Both the position numbers and the translations under genes were made by a program. A DNA stretch of 64,000 bases from assembly GCA_036172245.1 (NCBI GenBank), contig JAYWIR010000014.1, forward strand, positions 4,278,001 to 4,342,000, written 5' to 3'. The notes under the pieces are model-generated. The model was not told the DNA's origin, made no database searches, and worked only from the letters and a program-made list of their open reading frames with translations. The stretch comes from Raillietiella orientalis (lineage: Eukaryota). Of this stretch, positions 37,206-50,093 are shown piece after piece (within the stretch, counting starts at the first letter, position 1; every line of letters begins with the position of its first letter).

Positions 37206-40200
37206 ATGGAAATCAGTCCCATTAACAGGCATGAGCCAAGTTTTCAGAGACTGGAAGACATCTGGAACAACTTGAAGTCCAAGTATTTCATCAAAGAAAT
37301 AGTCTGATTATCTTATTTTATTTTTATTTTTGCAGAAAAATGAACGCAGCAGATAAAATGATCGTGCCTCAAAGAAAAGAATTGACTTCAACATTGAAGA
37401 TATTGGCAAATGAGACTCTGGATTTCCAAAAGCACCATAAAATGCTACAAACTGTATTCGATATTTGCATGAGCGACCATTTACCTTGGGATTCTCAAAG
37501 TAAAGCAGGAATTATAATTTGCAAGATTTTATTAAGTATCTGCAACAAAGACCTGAGCTTATTTTTCCTGAATGTAAGATTTTATTGATTAGAATTTTAA
37601 TCCAACTAGAACACACATAGGTAGGAAAAAACTTAAATAGTATGAACAATACAGATTCAAGTGGCAAATCTGATATTGGAAATGAATCGAGCATTCTCTG
37701 CAGTCTTGGATTTACATTGAAAATTTGCATTTATTTTGGTCTGATTATTGCGGCAAATAAAGAAGATTATGTACAACCTTTTACATCACTTTGTCCTGAA
37801 CCATTCCCAATACATATTATATCAGATTGTGTATTTGAAGGATTTAGGTACCTTTTAGTAATTTACTGTTTTCATGAGTCTAGTTAATAGGAAAACTGGA
37901 ATCTTGAAATGAAAAAAAATGAGAAAACAAAATTGAAATTTCAGGTGCACTTCTATAGATCATTTGTTAACTATTTGTCGTGTGCTTGATCATACAATGA
38001 ACACATTAAGCTGCAGTCTGTTAGAGATTGAAAATGAAAAGTTCTGCAAATACTTCCAAAATGAAAAGCTAATCATGTGTTTACTGAATTTTATATGGAT
38101 CTGCATGGAAAACAAAGCCAGTCATGTCAGGTGCTTGGCAAAAGATATTTTACAATCCTTATTATCACTCAGAATTAAAACTTATGGTTTAGGTGAGATG
38201 CATAAATATTCTAAGATGTTTAAAAAATGTATTTAAAGTTAAACATACACAACAGAATAGATTTAAAAATTTTTAGATAAGTGTCATCACTGGATGACAG
38301 ATCTACTTCTTCCACAAGTGTTAGCTTTAAGCATGCATCAGAGGGCTCGCTACCTCAGCCTCACATGCATAGTACAGATGCTTCCAAAATCATTTGGTTG
38401 TTATATCCTGGAAAAATATCCCAAATTGGGTGAAGAACTTGCAACTGTCATACAAAATTGCCGTCAGATATCCACATGTGTAAGTGTGCAGGTAGTTAAG
38501 GTATTCCAACTACTCATATCAAGGTGAAAGAGAGTTTGGAAGCTGTGTCATTACTCACTGCAGCCTCAGATCTTTGGTTTGATTGCTTAGTGAAGCCAGT
38601 TCTCATGTTGAGCTGGAATGTTCCCACAATCAAAGAAGGCATACTACCATCCTTATTAGCAACTTTTATAAAGTGTTGTCCTGATAAATTTCAGCAACTG
38701 TTTATTGACGCCAACTGGCCTTGGTTGCCCTTGAGAGATTTACTCGAGGGATTAAAAGTTCTTAAAAAAAATGGAATGCTGAACTCATTGGACTGTGGTG
38801 ACCAATGGAAAGGATATCTTTCATATCAGTTTTTGTTTCAAGTTGCACAAGACAGTGATCCTGAAGTAAGAATGGCCTTTGAAAGCAAAGTCTCATTAAG
38901 TATTATAGATACGACTGGCTTTGCTGCATCTCATTGCTGATGGACGTCGCTCCACAGAGCTTTTTAGCTTGGCTGAGCTTCAATTGCTTCAGAGATTATA
39001 TCTGTATGGCTGCTTTTATCAACAAGCCTCCCAAAGGCAAAAACTCATATCAGCTACTCAGATGGTAAGTATCAACAAGTATCAACTCAAAACAACATCT
39101 GAAGAGTTGGCAGGTGGTTTCCCGTTGTATTTGTGGATTGGCTGTTGCTCAGCGAAACAATTCTCATGGAGATGTGCAGTCCACTGAAAAATTCTTAACT
39201 TGGCTGGGGCAATGGACTTTGTGTCAACTGCTTCCTGAAATCTCGTTTGCAAGGCGCTGTGTCAGTTTACAAGTTCTGAAGCTGCTATGCGCTTGGCAGC
39301 AGAGTGCAAAATTATTTAGTGATGCAACAGCATATCAGTTTTTACTTCTGCTTTCTGATCCTTTTGAGGAGAATAAAAAGCTAGCACTCCAACTGCTTGC
39401 TCAGTGGATGTCTAATAGCTGTGAGGTGTGTAGCATCCTGCACATGATCACATTATTTTCAAATACACTAAAGATTCCTTGGGCTGCAGCTAATGTATTA
39501 GATGTTGGATTAATATTGGCTCAGAGTCCCAAACCAAGTTATACGCTCACAGGTGCCCATGTGCTTCAGTTATATAGCAGCCTTCCTGTGGCTGCTTCAT
39601 CTTCCAGCAGAGTAGAAGAAGCCATCCTATTATTGTGGAATGCATTGCAGCAACAGGCTCAGCAAGCTGAAGAGACTCAGTTGCACTCCATTGTGATCAC
39701 TCCTATGCATGGGTTACTTCTTGGAATCAGATATTTACTCCCCCATATGTGAGTACCCTTGATGATCTTGAGTTGGTCATGAGGACTTGATTTTCAAAAT
39801 GCTGGATATAGTCAAACTATGGGGATGACCTGGAAGGGAAGGCTCATTGAGATCCTTCAATTGTGTATTCATCTATCAACATTGGTGAGCCCTATTGTGA
39901 ACTCTAGCAGTCCAGAAGGTTATTTTCCGGCAAACTGGTCTGCTGGTAAGTGGTTGATGCTTAACAACTTGCATTTCCATATTGCAGAAAGTGATCAGAT
40001 GCCTTGTTCTCCTCAGTTGTTAGTTTTATGTGCCTGGCGTACCTGCAAAGAGGCTTTGTTGCTTGCATCTGACGTCTGTGTGTTATTCCATCCCTGTGGC
40101 TCTCTATTAGGCATGGATCAACAGTTGTGGGACTCCGTGGGTTTTCACTTCATGACTCAGATGGGAGAAATCAGACATAGAGGTGCATTTGAGCAGATTC

Positions 40201-42664
40201 ATGTGGCATTCAGCAAACTGTGCAGCAGTTTGTGGCGTTGTGGAAGTACTCTTCCATTATCATGGCTGCAATATTTGCAAAGATCCTCATTTCGACTGGA
40301 GAAGCTCAGTGACACAACTAGGCGTAGTGCTGGTTTGCCTTTTCTTATTCAGGTATGATCTTGGATTTAAAAAAACAAAAATTAAAAACACTCTTTTGTA
40401 GGCATTGGTTTGCAGTCATCCAAACCCAGAGACATGCAGTCTAATTGGGAGCATTTTGGATCACCTGAAAGTGATAACTAACAATACAGATGTTAGCATG
40501 CGTGTGCACGCTATGAATATCTTACGTTACTTATTCAGGAGTAGCCACCTGCATGGAACAGTTGCTCCTTACATTGTACAAGGACTGCAGAAAGCAATCA
40601 TTGGGTTTGCATCTGTATTATGGCCAGTAAGTTAAACACAGTGAAGGGCATTCAAATATTGTACTAGGAAAGAAATGCAGCCACACTTCTGTTCAGTGCT
40701 ATAACTGGGAGAGTATTTGGAGTTAAACAGGCAGCTGATGAATTTAGTAGAAAGAATAGCCTTAACAGTCTTGTATTCTTCCATCGTTATCCAGAGCTGC
40801 TTCCATTTTTTGAGAAGCAATTAGCAGAAGGCATTCGGAATCATTCCTATCAATGCATTTATCCTGTACTGTTGATTCTAGTTCATTTGGAAAGTCCTGA
40901 AGCTGGCGATATCAGATTAGAGAAGCTTCGAACATCAATAATTCTGTGCAAAGACAGTTGCTTGTGGAAAATACGCAGTTTGGCTGCCCAAGCATTAAGT
41001 ACTATCACAGCTCCTGATCAGTGTGAACAATTGCTGCAGCAACTGCTAGATAAATTGACAATGCCTAAACAATCTCAGAATTCTATGCATGGATTGCTGT
41101 TGCAAGTTAAAGCTCTGGCAGAAACAATGAAATATAGCAAGACTCTGATAGACTGGCTTCCAACTAGCTACTGGTTACTTCACCCTAGGTTTCATCCAGC
41201 AATACGTGCAGTATATTTGACGTTATACCAGAAATGCTTACCAAGATGCTCTCTTCCTCCGTTTTCATGCCTGTGGAATATTTGTAGTAATGATTTGATG
41301 CATCAAAACCAGGAGGTTTCATGTCATGCTGTTTATTGTTGGATGTTGACTTCGTTTTTTGTTCAGTATGCAACCAGTGATATCAGTAGGGAGCTGATAT
41401 TAGAGCATTTGCGGGATGCCTTTCCATCCATGCATTCCCAAGCCCAAATAGTTTTTCTTCAATTTCTGACTGCATGTTTGGAATTTAATTCCTTCCTTAC
41501 ATGTCCCTTCACTTCAACTAGGGTCCACATTGACTGTACTTCTGTACAGACACCGTCTTGGCTTGCATCATTTCTTCAGCTTGCCAAAGAGTCACTGAGA
41601 CCTGATGAGAATGTTCATGTTACCTTTGTGCATCTGGTTACGTGCTGTTTGCAGCATCACATGGACAATGTTACTTTGCTTGCTACTAGGCTACCTTGGT
41701 GGAATTTTGTTGATCTAACAGAAAAGATGAAAATAAAAATCATAGCACTTTGCACAGCTTTATTGCGATCCTCATCTACCGAGGTAATGACGTTTCTCTG
41801 TTCTAATATAAAAGATCCCTCAGAATACGCTGCTGGAATCTTGGAGCAAGTACTTCTGCATGTTAGCAACTAATGCTAACAGTGTTTCTCAAAGAATGGC
41901 AGCTGCGCAGGTAGCCAAAGAAGGATTTGTCCTTGCTGTGCAGCAAAATGATGTTGATGGTTAGTGAGTCAGGTTGATTCAGTGAATGATGTACTCATTC
42001 TTGATTCAGTGTTCTGGCAAGTATGGAAAAGTGTGATCATACTTTTATTAGATAGCGAACCAAAAATACGTAACGCAACTGCAACGTTGTACCCTTACAT
42101 CCGTTCTATGCTACAAGCAACTGGGAATCGAAATCCCTTATATCAACCAGAGCCAATGGGAAATGTAGTCAGTGAAGTGGTTTTGAAGGCCTTGACTGAC
42201 TACCTGATTCAAGTAATAGCCCCCAAATGTACCGAACATTGTATCCAACTGTGCAATGACTGGGTAATGGATCTGATTCAAGAATATCCTGAATTTCAGG
42301 AAGAGAATATTCTGGTAATTCCACTTTATGATTCTGCATTGTTGTGATCTTTTTGTAGAGTGCCTTTGAAGCGTGTGAGGAAACCACGTATGAGGACAAA
42401 GCACTCCTAATAGGTTTGCTGTTGAATGCTTCAATGGTGCTATCATCATCAGAATTTCAATATCATCAAAATTTGTTACAGTACAGTATTTATGTACTCC
42501 GTGATGGATCTCTGTCAACCAAGCTTATCACTCGGAGTCCGGAACAGCGCTTGCACGACATTGTTCACCAGTATTTTGCTTTCATGAACAAAGGTTCAAA
42601 CTGGAAAAATGTTCACATGGAATCAGTTCATCCTCTCTCGTTGCTGGAAGATTTCAAGAGATAG
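37206..42664 (+). CDS. THADA: THADA / Trm732 homologue (tRNA 2'-O-methyltransferase regulator, DUF2428), ~1554 aa, 16 exons
   Basis: Hallmark motifs SSSPEGY, CAWRTCKE, IRHRGAFEQ, TRRSAGLPF, RVHAMNILRYLFR, RNAATLLFSA..RVFGVK, FFHRYPEL. Frame-preserving GT-AG introns: 37283-37335, 37574-37620, 37848-37944, 38193-38276, 38480-38523, 38866-38908, 39065-39113, 39426-39473, 39749-39811, 39946-39987, 40353-40401, 40627-40667, 41784-41823, 41960-42009, 42315-42358. The spliced length is 4665 nt. The two in-frame introns (48 and 42 nt) and the start codon are inferred. Confidence 0.93.
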
Positions 42665-44146
42665 AATCAATATTTTTCTTTTTTCTTTTTTTTTGCATCT
42701 GGTTGATAGATGTGCTGTCGGAAGACGGACAACTTTAAGCATTTCCATGTTTGAAGTGATAAAGTGATTCAAGTTCAGTGCAGTTGTTTAATGAGTTTTG
42801 TGAAACAATTTCGAATTCAGTAAGTTGCTTCCAAGGCAATGCAATGACCCACTATTATCTCCTCCCGTGTTGCATTCCCTTCAACAAGAAAAAGTTCGCC
42901 TCCTGCATACAAGCCTAAGTCCAGGACGCCTGGTGACCTTGTGGAAGGGCAATAGTTTCTTTCTTGGAATCCTACCGTTACAATTGTACTTCCGTGATCA
43001 TTTGAAACAAAACTTTTACAACATTACAAAAATTGATTATATACCCCTCACAAAATTAGAAGTGTTGGTATTTCATTTCGTTTTTCGTGGAATTAACTTT
43101 CTAAAGCCTCGAGGCGCAGGAGAAGCCCTGACCGTTTCATCCGTGTAGCATCAAAACCATGAACTTTCAATTAAGTTGTCAGTCTTATCGAAATTATCAT
43201 CCATCTGAATTTTACGTTTTGACGCAGTGGTCATCAACTCCATGAAATTGGACGAATTTGCTTTGTGCTGAAAAATCCCTCATTACAACAAATGTCGGTG
43301 CAAGTAAAAAATGATGCACGCAAAAGATAAAAATAGTGTATTTACGATGCACGTAATTGTTTTTCCATAAAATCGTGCCAATTTTTACTGTTTAGCCCGG
43401 GAATCACCTCAGAGCCCAGGGAGTACTCCAGCAATTTCAAGGGAGTCGGTGTCATGGCACCACTGGTTCTGCCGGTGTGCCTGATCGGATTATCTTTTAT
43501 GCTTTTACAGTACAGCCCATGGTTATGCATGCAAAGTGCATACTTATCTCTATTCGAGGAACCGAAAGATCTGAAATTGAGATATGTTTGTATCAGTAGC
43601 TCTATATGTTCTGAATCTGCACTCGAGTCCATCCAATTATCAATTACTGGTTGCATTTCTCACCGTTAGCCTAATCTCTGGCAAAAAATTAAGCTGCCAA
43701 AAATACCCTCCACTGCTTTTCAGTGATGACGATTACCGATTTGTATTTATTAAGCTGCACTAATAGCGATCGCCCGGACGAATATCCAACTCCATGAAAC
43801 CAGACTACTGAGCACCAACTGAAAGAAAATTATCACACGTGCTTGCAGTTTTTCGTATTTTGCTTTTCATCATTCGATCGAAGATGGACGAAAGTCACAA
43901 CGTGAAGTCAGAGATGAATTTCCTCAGGAGAGTGAAGAAGAAGAAAAAATCAGGTAGTTCACTGGGTAATAATGTAAGCTTCATTGGAATGCTGCCTTCT
44001 TACCACCACAGCATCAATCATACATGCGAAACCAGTACAATATAAAGCATAAAAAAACACAGGAAACGAAGCTTTGAAATGTTTATAAATGATGTAAACA
44101 CAGATCGCAATTACAAAACTGAATGGCATTTATTGGCCTGGTGCTT

Positions 44147-47100
44147 TTACATGTGGCGTGTATTACCAAAGTTGATGCCACTCTGTGTGGCACCCTTGTT
44201 GGAACCAGACTGTAAACCGATTATGCTCTCAGAAGCACGCAACTGCTCTTCGGTGAAATGGCGAACATTTTTCTCGGATTCTTTTGGTCCAATGCCTGCA
44301 ACTCCAAATTTATCAGCCTGAAAGACATGTATTTTTACTGGGTTGTAATAGAGTACTACAAGAAAAAAAAAAAAAGCCCTTTCAATCTTCGGTTGAACCG
44401 CCTCGCTCATCAACAGCAAAAAAGCCTTTCATTTGAATTAAGAGGCGAAACTTGAAAAGAGGGGGGGGGGGGGGGGGATGAAAATGGGATTACGCAGCTA
44501 ATACGTCCATGCGCAAGTCAGCGTCAGATTTTACAGGAAGGAGTAGCAGAAAAGTTAAGAGAAAATCAGGGATAAACAAAGGGACCGACCGGTGAGCAAG
44601 GTCTTCAGGGGGAGCAAGGTCCAGAGGGTAAAATGGGTCCTCAGGGTCCAGAGGGTAAGCTTCTCGAATTTCAAGCATACCGAACGTTGCGGCAAAAGCA
44701 AGAATGACCACCTGTCAAAACACTGAAGCTGATGAAATTCTGTGTTTGTGAAAGTCTGTGCACAACCAAAGGAGAAAAGGCGTAACGGCAGCACAAGAAG
44801 AATAAGGGGGCTGCTATGTTAAAAAGATCACCTCAGTGTGTTGAAATGATGCATGAACGCGAAAGTACGGCGGACCTAAAAGCAAGGTTCCATGCTAGGA
44901 AAAAAAAAAACATCAGTAAATTTGTCTTGCACTGAGCTCAAATAAACGCCTTCGCAAATAGCAGCATTCTTCGGCGGACTCGAGAGTTCACGAAAAGGAA
45001 AAGAAAAGAAAAAAGGCACTATGATAGAAAACAACTTTGAAATTGTGTTGAACACGTATAGCAACTCATCTGGAATATTTCCCCTTGTCATACAGCAGGA
45101 GTGAACGATAGGGCAATATATACTTCATATCAATCGTTCCGTTACTAATAAAACTGAAAAAGGATATGATCGTTGGTTCAAATTTAATCTACACAAAGAG
45201 CCTTGAAAAGTATACACAGACTAGAAGCATAGATTAACAGATGCTGATGCTGAATCTGCTTCTGCAATCACAGAAGCAGATTCAGCACGAAATTTTTGGC
45301 AGGTAATTTGGTGTTTTGAATCGAGTGATTTGGTGTTTTGTGTTGCTTCGAGAAATGGGCACATTGTGTTCCTCCGCAATGCTGAAGGATGGCATAAACC
45401 AAACACCGCGGAAATCTGTACTCTAAAACTATGTAAATCATATAAAAACTCTTCACATCAACCAGTGGGAAAACTTTCGCTTTTGACTGAGGGAAAGAAA
45501 ATTCCGCAGACAGCGACGAGGCTGATTACATTATATTTCATTTTTCACGATGAAGGCAGAGGAGCCGCTAAGCAGTTCAAAGAACGACAGGAGAGGACAT
45601 GTCTTCTCGTTAAAGATGAATACAAAACAGAGGCTTGGGAGCAGCTGAAGCTATTAGAGAGGAAGCAAATGCATTTGGAAGCTTTGTCATCGCCTTCACT
45701 TTTGCTGAACGTACTTGATGTGGAGTGAACATGTCCACCGAACATGACTGGTTCTCACGATAATCAAAGATCCATCGCACAGAAGCCACCAAAAAACTAC
45801 GGTGGGTACGAACCACAGTACACTTCGTCTTCTTCGTATAATAGGCAAGCCAGGGGGCAAATAAATAACAAAGAATGCTACAGGGCTGTGCAACTGTGAG
45901 CTGAGTACGCCATGAATTCGTCCCACATGATGAGTTCACGCACAGAGGATGTTTCGAATTTCTGAGGATAAGAGAAATGATCATACACGACTCATGTCCA
46001 TGTACGTCGTGGTTGTTTCAAAGAGCCATTTGCCGATTTCGCTGCACGATGGGAAAACTGGAAAGCTCAGAATTGGAATGCTGAATGGTCCTGCCATGAC
46101 AATGGAGCAGAGAAACAGAGGAAAGATTAGAAATACCAATGATGATTCACTCCAATTATTACTTTCACTACCAATGCAGACCAAAAGCGCTTCCGTTTGC
46201 CAGCGGAAAATCTGAATTTTGGCTTGGATGGAAGAAACAATGCCTTGTAAATCGAGATTCGAATCTCCATTCCCACCCCCTCGTTCTGTCTGTTGATCAA
46301 TAAAGAAGCAGCATGCCCCTCAGCGTTATGCTCCCGAAGTCCATCCAAGAACGCAAACTGCTTTGCATCCGTGCTGGCATCTCTTGGAGAGTTGCGAGCA
46401 CCTTCTACTAGAGACGAATGAGGGGACCCGCAGGGTTACCAGTCCGAGACGCTGCAGAATCAGCAAGAGAGGAAGGATTCAAAAAAGGAAAACACGAAAC
46501 TAAAGATGGATGTGCCCGAAGCGCAGACTGAGACCACGAAATCAGAAAAACGGACGGCCATCTGTTGTATCTGGCTGAGAAAGGCAAAGCGCTGATTCAT
46601 GCTCTCGTGCGATATAATTTCGTATTAGCTTTGAAAAATCGCGAAAACAGATCTTTGGCTACCCTATCGGCCATTTGGCCTTTTGCAGTTCGTTTCGAAA
46701 ACATGGTCATGAAAAAACTTGTGGTGACTCGGAGATGTCAACACGAGCAGTGCGCGTTTCGTTCCGTTCGGTGAAAAAAATTCGCTGGGTTCACCTTCAG
46801 TTACAGACGGGCTGATGTTGACCGACCACAACATTTACCTTTCTTCCCAAGGACTGCAAACAGATGACAACGGAGTTGAGATTTTGGCGCTCCCACAAGT
46901 CTACAGTTTGGAAAAGCTCTTCATTAATTACACCCATAGAATGCGCAGCATTCAGAAAACAGTTGATGTTCTCCATACATTTGAATGGAAGAGATGAGTT
47001 CTGTATTTTTTTTATTGTTCCGGGCTGGAGTTTATTTACCAATCTATTGTTTTATAGAAAAGCACTCTTAAAAGAATGGTTTGGACATCATTCGTACGTT

Positions 47101-47240
47101 TACCTGCAGAGGACCTGCCCATCTTTCAGGGTTGCATAGAAGTTTTCCATCGAACCCGATGTATCGAAATTTTCTTGTAAAATACTTCTGATCCATTCCA
47201 GCACTTCACGTGCGTGTTCTTCGCTGTATTTGCTGAGAAT
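44147..47240 (-). CDS. Chd64: Transgelin/myophilin-family calponin-homology protein (Chd64-like); first coding exon not identified
   Basis: Exons 47240-47104 (ILSKYSEEHAREVLEWI..LKDGQVLC), 47043-46839 (..FKCMENI..FQTVDLWERQNLNSVVICLQSLGRK) and 44317-44147 (..GPKESEKNVRHFTEEQLRA..IGLQSGSNKGATQSGINFGNTRHM*). Introns are 60 and 2521 nt, GT-AG, with consistent phases. Confidence 0.93.
44582..44654 (+). other. Collagen-like (Gly-X-Y)8 coding fragment, antisense within the Chd64 intron
   Basis: GPT GEQ GLQ GEQ GPE GKM GPQ GPE G. Preceded by AAG (possible acceptor at 44580-44581) and followed by GTAAGC (donor at 44655). An in-frame TAA lies at 44573. Confidence 0.6.
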
Positions 47241-49419
47241 CTGATACAATTATTGGGATTACTTTTTGGAACAGATTCACACCCATACATACACGCCGAG
47301 CAAGAAAAGTCTGGCAGGATTTTTGTCAGGAAGGCTTTTCTGTCGCATAAAGAACCCTCGGCTCCTAGTGCGGGCACTTGAATTTTAGACTTCTGAGCTT
47401 GGAAAAGGTATCTGAGCGGTTCCCCGTGCGACGACGGCGCGCGCGTTCTGTGGTGGGGATCGGCAGGGAAGCCCCATTCGAACCCGTGCGACGAAATGAC
47501 GTATCACACGGCTTCCAAGCACTCCCACACACGTAATTTTGCACAAAAAGGATGCGAAAAGTCGAATTCCCCGTGGTCGGCTCAGCACTGCATGTCAACC
47601 TGCATTTCAGGGAAACCCTGCGACGCCGCCGAAGAAGTATGCGCTGAGCTTGAAATACTCCTCGCTCGGAAGCACACTGATCTTCTTGCTTTCAAGTGAT
47701 TACGAGTTTCAGACTGTTCGAGGCAATGAGAAAGCTCACGGTGAACTGAGATTTTACTTGAAACGAATCTTAGGTCATCAATCATAACACCACGAATTTC
47801 CTTGGATTTCGAGTATGTGAATTTCACAAAGTCTTTTCCATTTTTTTTTTTTTTTATTAAAAAAAAAGCATCCAACATCAGTTTCGGCTCAAACACACAC
47901 CCTTGAACTTTTGAATTTGGGAAATAATTCTATAGGACACTTACTCCCACGAGAAATTGTAACACACAGCATACGCCGCACAGCTGGAATACTTCATTCC
48001 ACGAAAGAACAAAAAATGAATAAAGAGCGAAGCAATCTGTTTGCTGTTTGGGTATGCATAAATATTGGATCGCAATGTGAATAATGCATTTACATGAAAG
48101 AAAACTTTTCGAAACCGTGAAGTCTACAGGACTGCTCGATGCCGAGAACTAAATAAATTCGGTTCTCGTCATTTACCACCACCACCTACCCCAAGTAATA
48201 ATAATAAACTATGAAAGAAAAATTAAGAAAGTTTGGTTCCCGGATGCAATAAAAGTTTCTATGCAAGTGATGGCACAAGAAGAATGGCCTTCTTTGGTGG
48301 CGCGAAGAAACCCTCCGTACCAACCTAATAATCACACTAACCGTTTGGGGCCATCCGGTGAAAAAGAGTGCTTTACTTTATCACACTTTATTCAACTGCC
48401 GGAGGCTACGCAACGATTCAGCACTCAGCTGAGGTCTTCAAGGAACAAGAATATACCGTGACCGTTTTGCCATCTAAAAACATTCCACAGGAGATTCACA
48501 GAGAAACAGGTTCATCCTCTCAATCAAACATGTAAACCAACGGGAAAAAAATTAGACCAATCCAAATGGAGAGAGAGAGAGAGGGGTGAGGGGGGAAAGA
48601 ATGGTGATTTCTCGTCGCTTTTTGCTGGACCTCTGACTTATGGGAGGAAAAAGTATCTCAAAGACCGTACGAGCTAAACGAAGCTGCTATTAATGAAATG
48701 CATGGTTTGTTCGGCAAGCATGCAAGAACTGCTTTACTAGAAGGCAAGGAATCATTATGAATACTCAAAAAGATTACGGCTGCTTTCCTACTGGTCTAAA
48801 ATCTATCATAAACCTTCCACTGGCAATCAAGAACAGGACCCCGGGCCTCGTGCTTGCAAACCAGCTATGTCCATCACTGGCTCTCCGCCTCTCCCTGCGC
48901 AACTTTGCAAGCAATTTTCATCCGTGCCCTGATTCACTAAAATGAGCAGCCAAGTTAAGGGATGGATTCAAGAGAACGGGAAGATATTCCGAGCTTCCAA
49001 TAGATCCATAACGCACATTTTCTTCGTCTGGGAAACGCCGCTTCCATGCAATCGTTTTGAAGCGTAAGCCGACCTGCAAACTGCTCCAATCTACTCTGCA
49101 GTGTTGCCAAGTGTACCTAACCAAATAGTGCACCATCAACAAAACGATACGTCACTTAACGCTTTTCGATCCTCATTTTTCAGAATAAGCAAGCGAATCG
49201 AGGACCGGATTTCTGTGTTCGACCTACACGTGGACGTGCCGGATCATTTTCTTTCGTGATTCACCGCCTTTATAAATTGCAGATATTCGTTACTCGCTAC
49301 GTTCGTTACCAGGGTTTCAAAAATATTCTCAAGTATCCAGGGCCTACACATCGCTGAATACTGAATAGTGGGCGGGTTAGCAGGATAACATGCAACTGAA
49401 AATGCAGTTTCCGTGCAGT

Positions 49420-49423
<4 letters not shown>

Positions 49424-49450
<27 letters not shown>
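49424..49450. repeat. (CT)n microsatellite
   Basis: Direct read. Confidence 0.95.
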
Positions 49451-50050
49451 TTATAAGGGTCCTTTACCTTTGGAGATAAAGAACACACATTGAATGTTAT
49501 TTTCATGCCGACTACAAAACTAAATAAAAGTTTCATCAACAAAAAGGCTGAGGCGTCTGAATCCCCTCGAACAGGAGTCGACCACAATGGTTTTTTCATA
49601 CGTAGCTTTCTACTCATAAATGCGTATGCATGGTATCTTTGATTCAAGGTCGCTTGCCCACGCACCGGGAATTCCCGATAGGGAGTCCACGATATGAAAC
49701 AGAGCATTTCGCTGCACATCGAGATGCCATGACCGGATACCACAACGGGGAAGCGCAGTGGCTTTGAATCCGACTGCGAAGGCAGATTTTCGCATCGATT
49801 TTCTGCTTCTTCCGTCTTTTTCCCAGAGCCGAAAGAGGGAACGGTGCGTTCCATCCCTTTTGCAATGGCATTCCGTACGCGCATCCCGCTTTGACTAACG
49901 CCTTCCTATTATGCGCGCCATCCCTCTTTTGGACGGCAGGTCCAGGAAGGGTAGCGGACACAAAATGGGAACGTACAGTGTACAAAAAAGCGCCTAATGA
50001 TTTCAAAAACAAACGGAGCTCGAAGTTCACATCAGAAAAAACATAATAGA

Positions 50051-50093
50051 CACACGCGAGCGCACGCACACGCACACACACACACACACACAC
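50051..50093. repeat. Imperfect (CA)n/(CACG)n microsatellite
   Basis: Direct read. Confidence 0.9.

Noticed and set aside
42750..43900. Minus-strand gene with short introns around ORF 43342..43656
   Set aside because: Splice-like signals exist, but I could not build a consistent open frame or recognise a protein.
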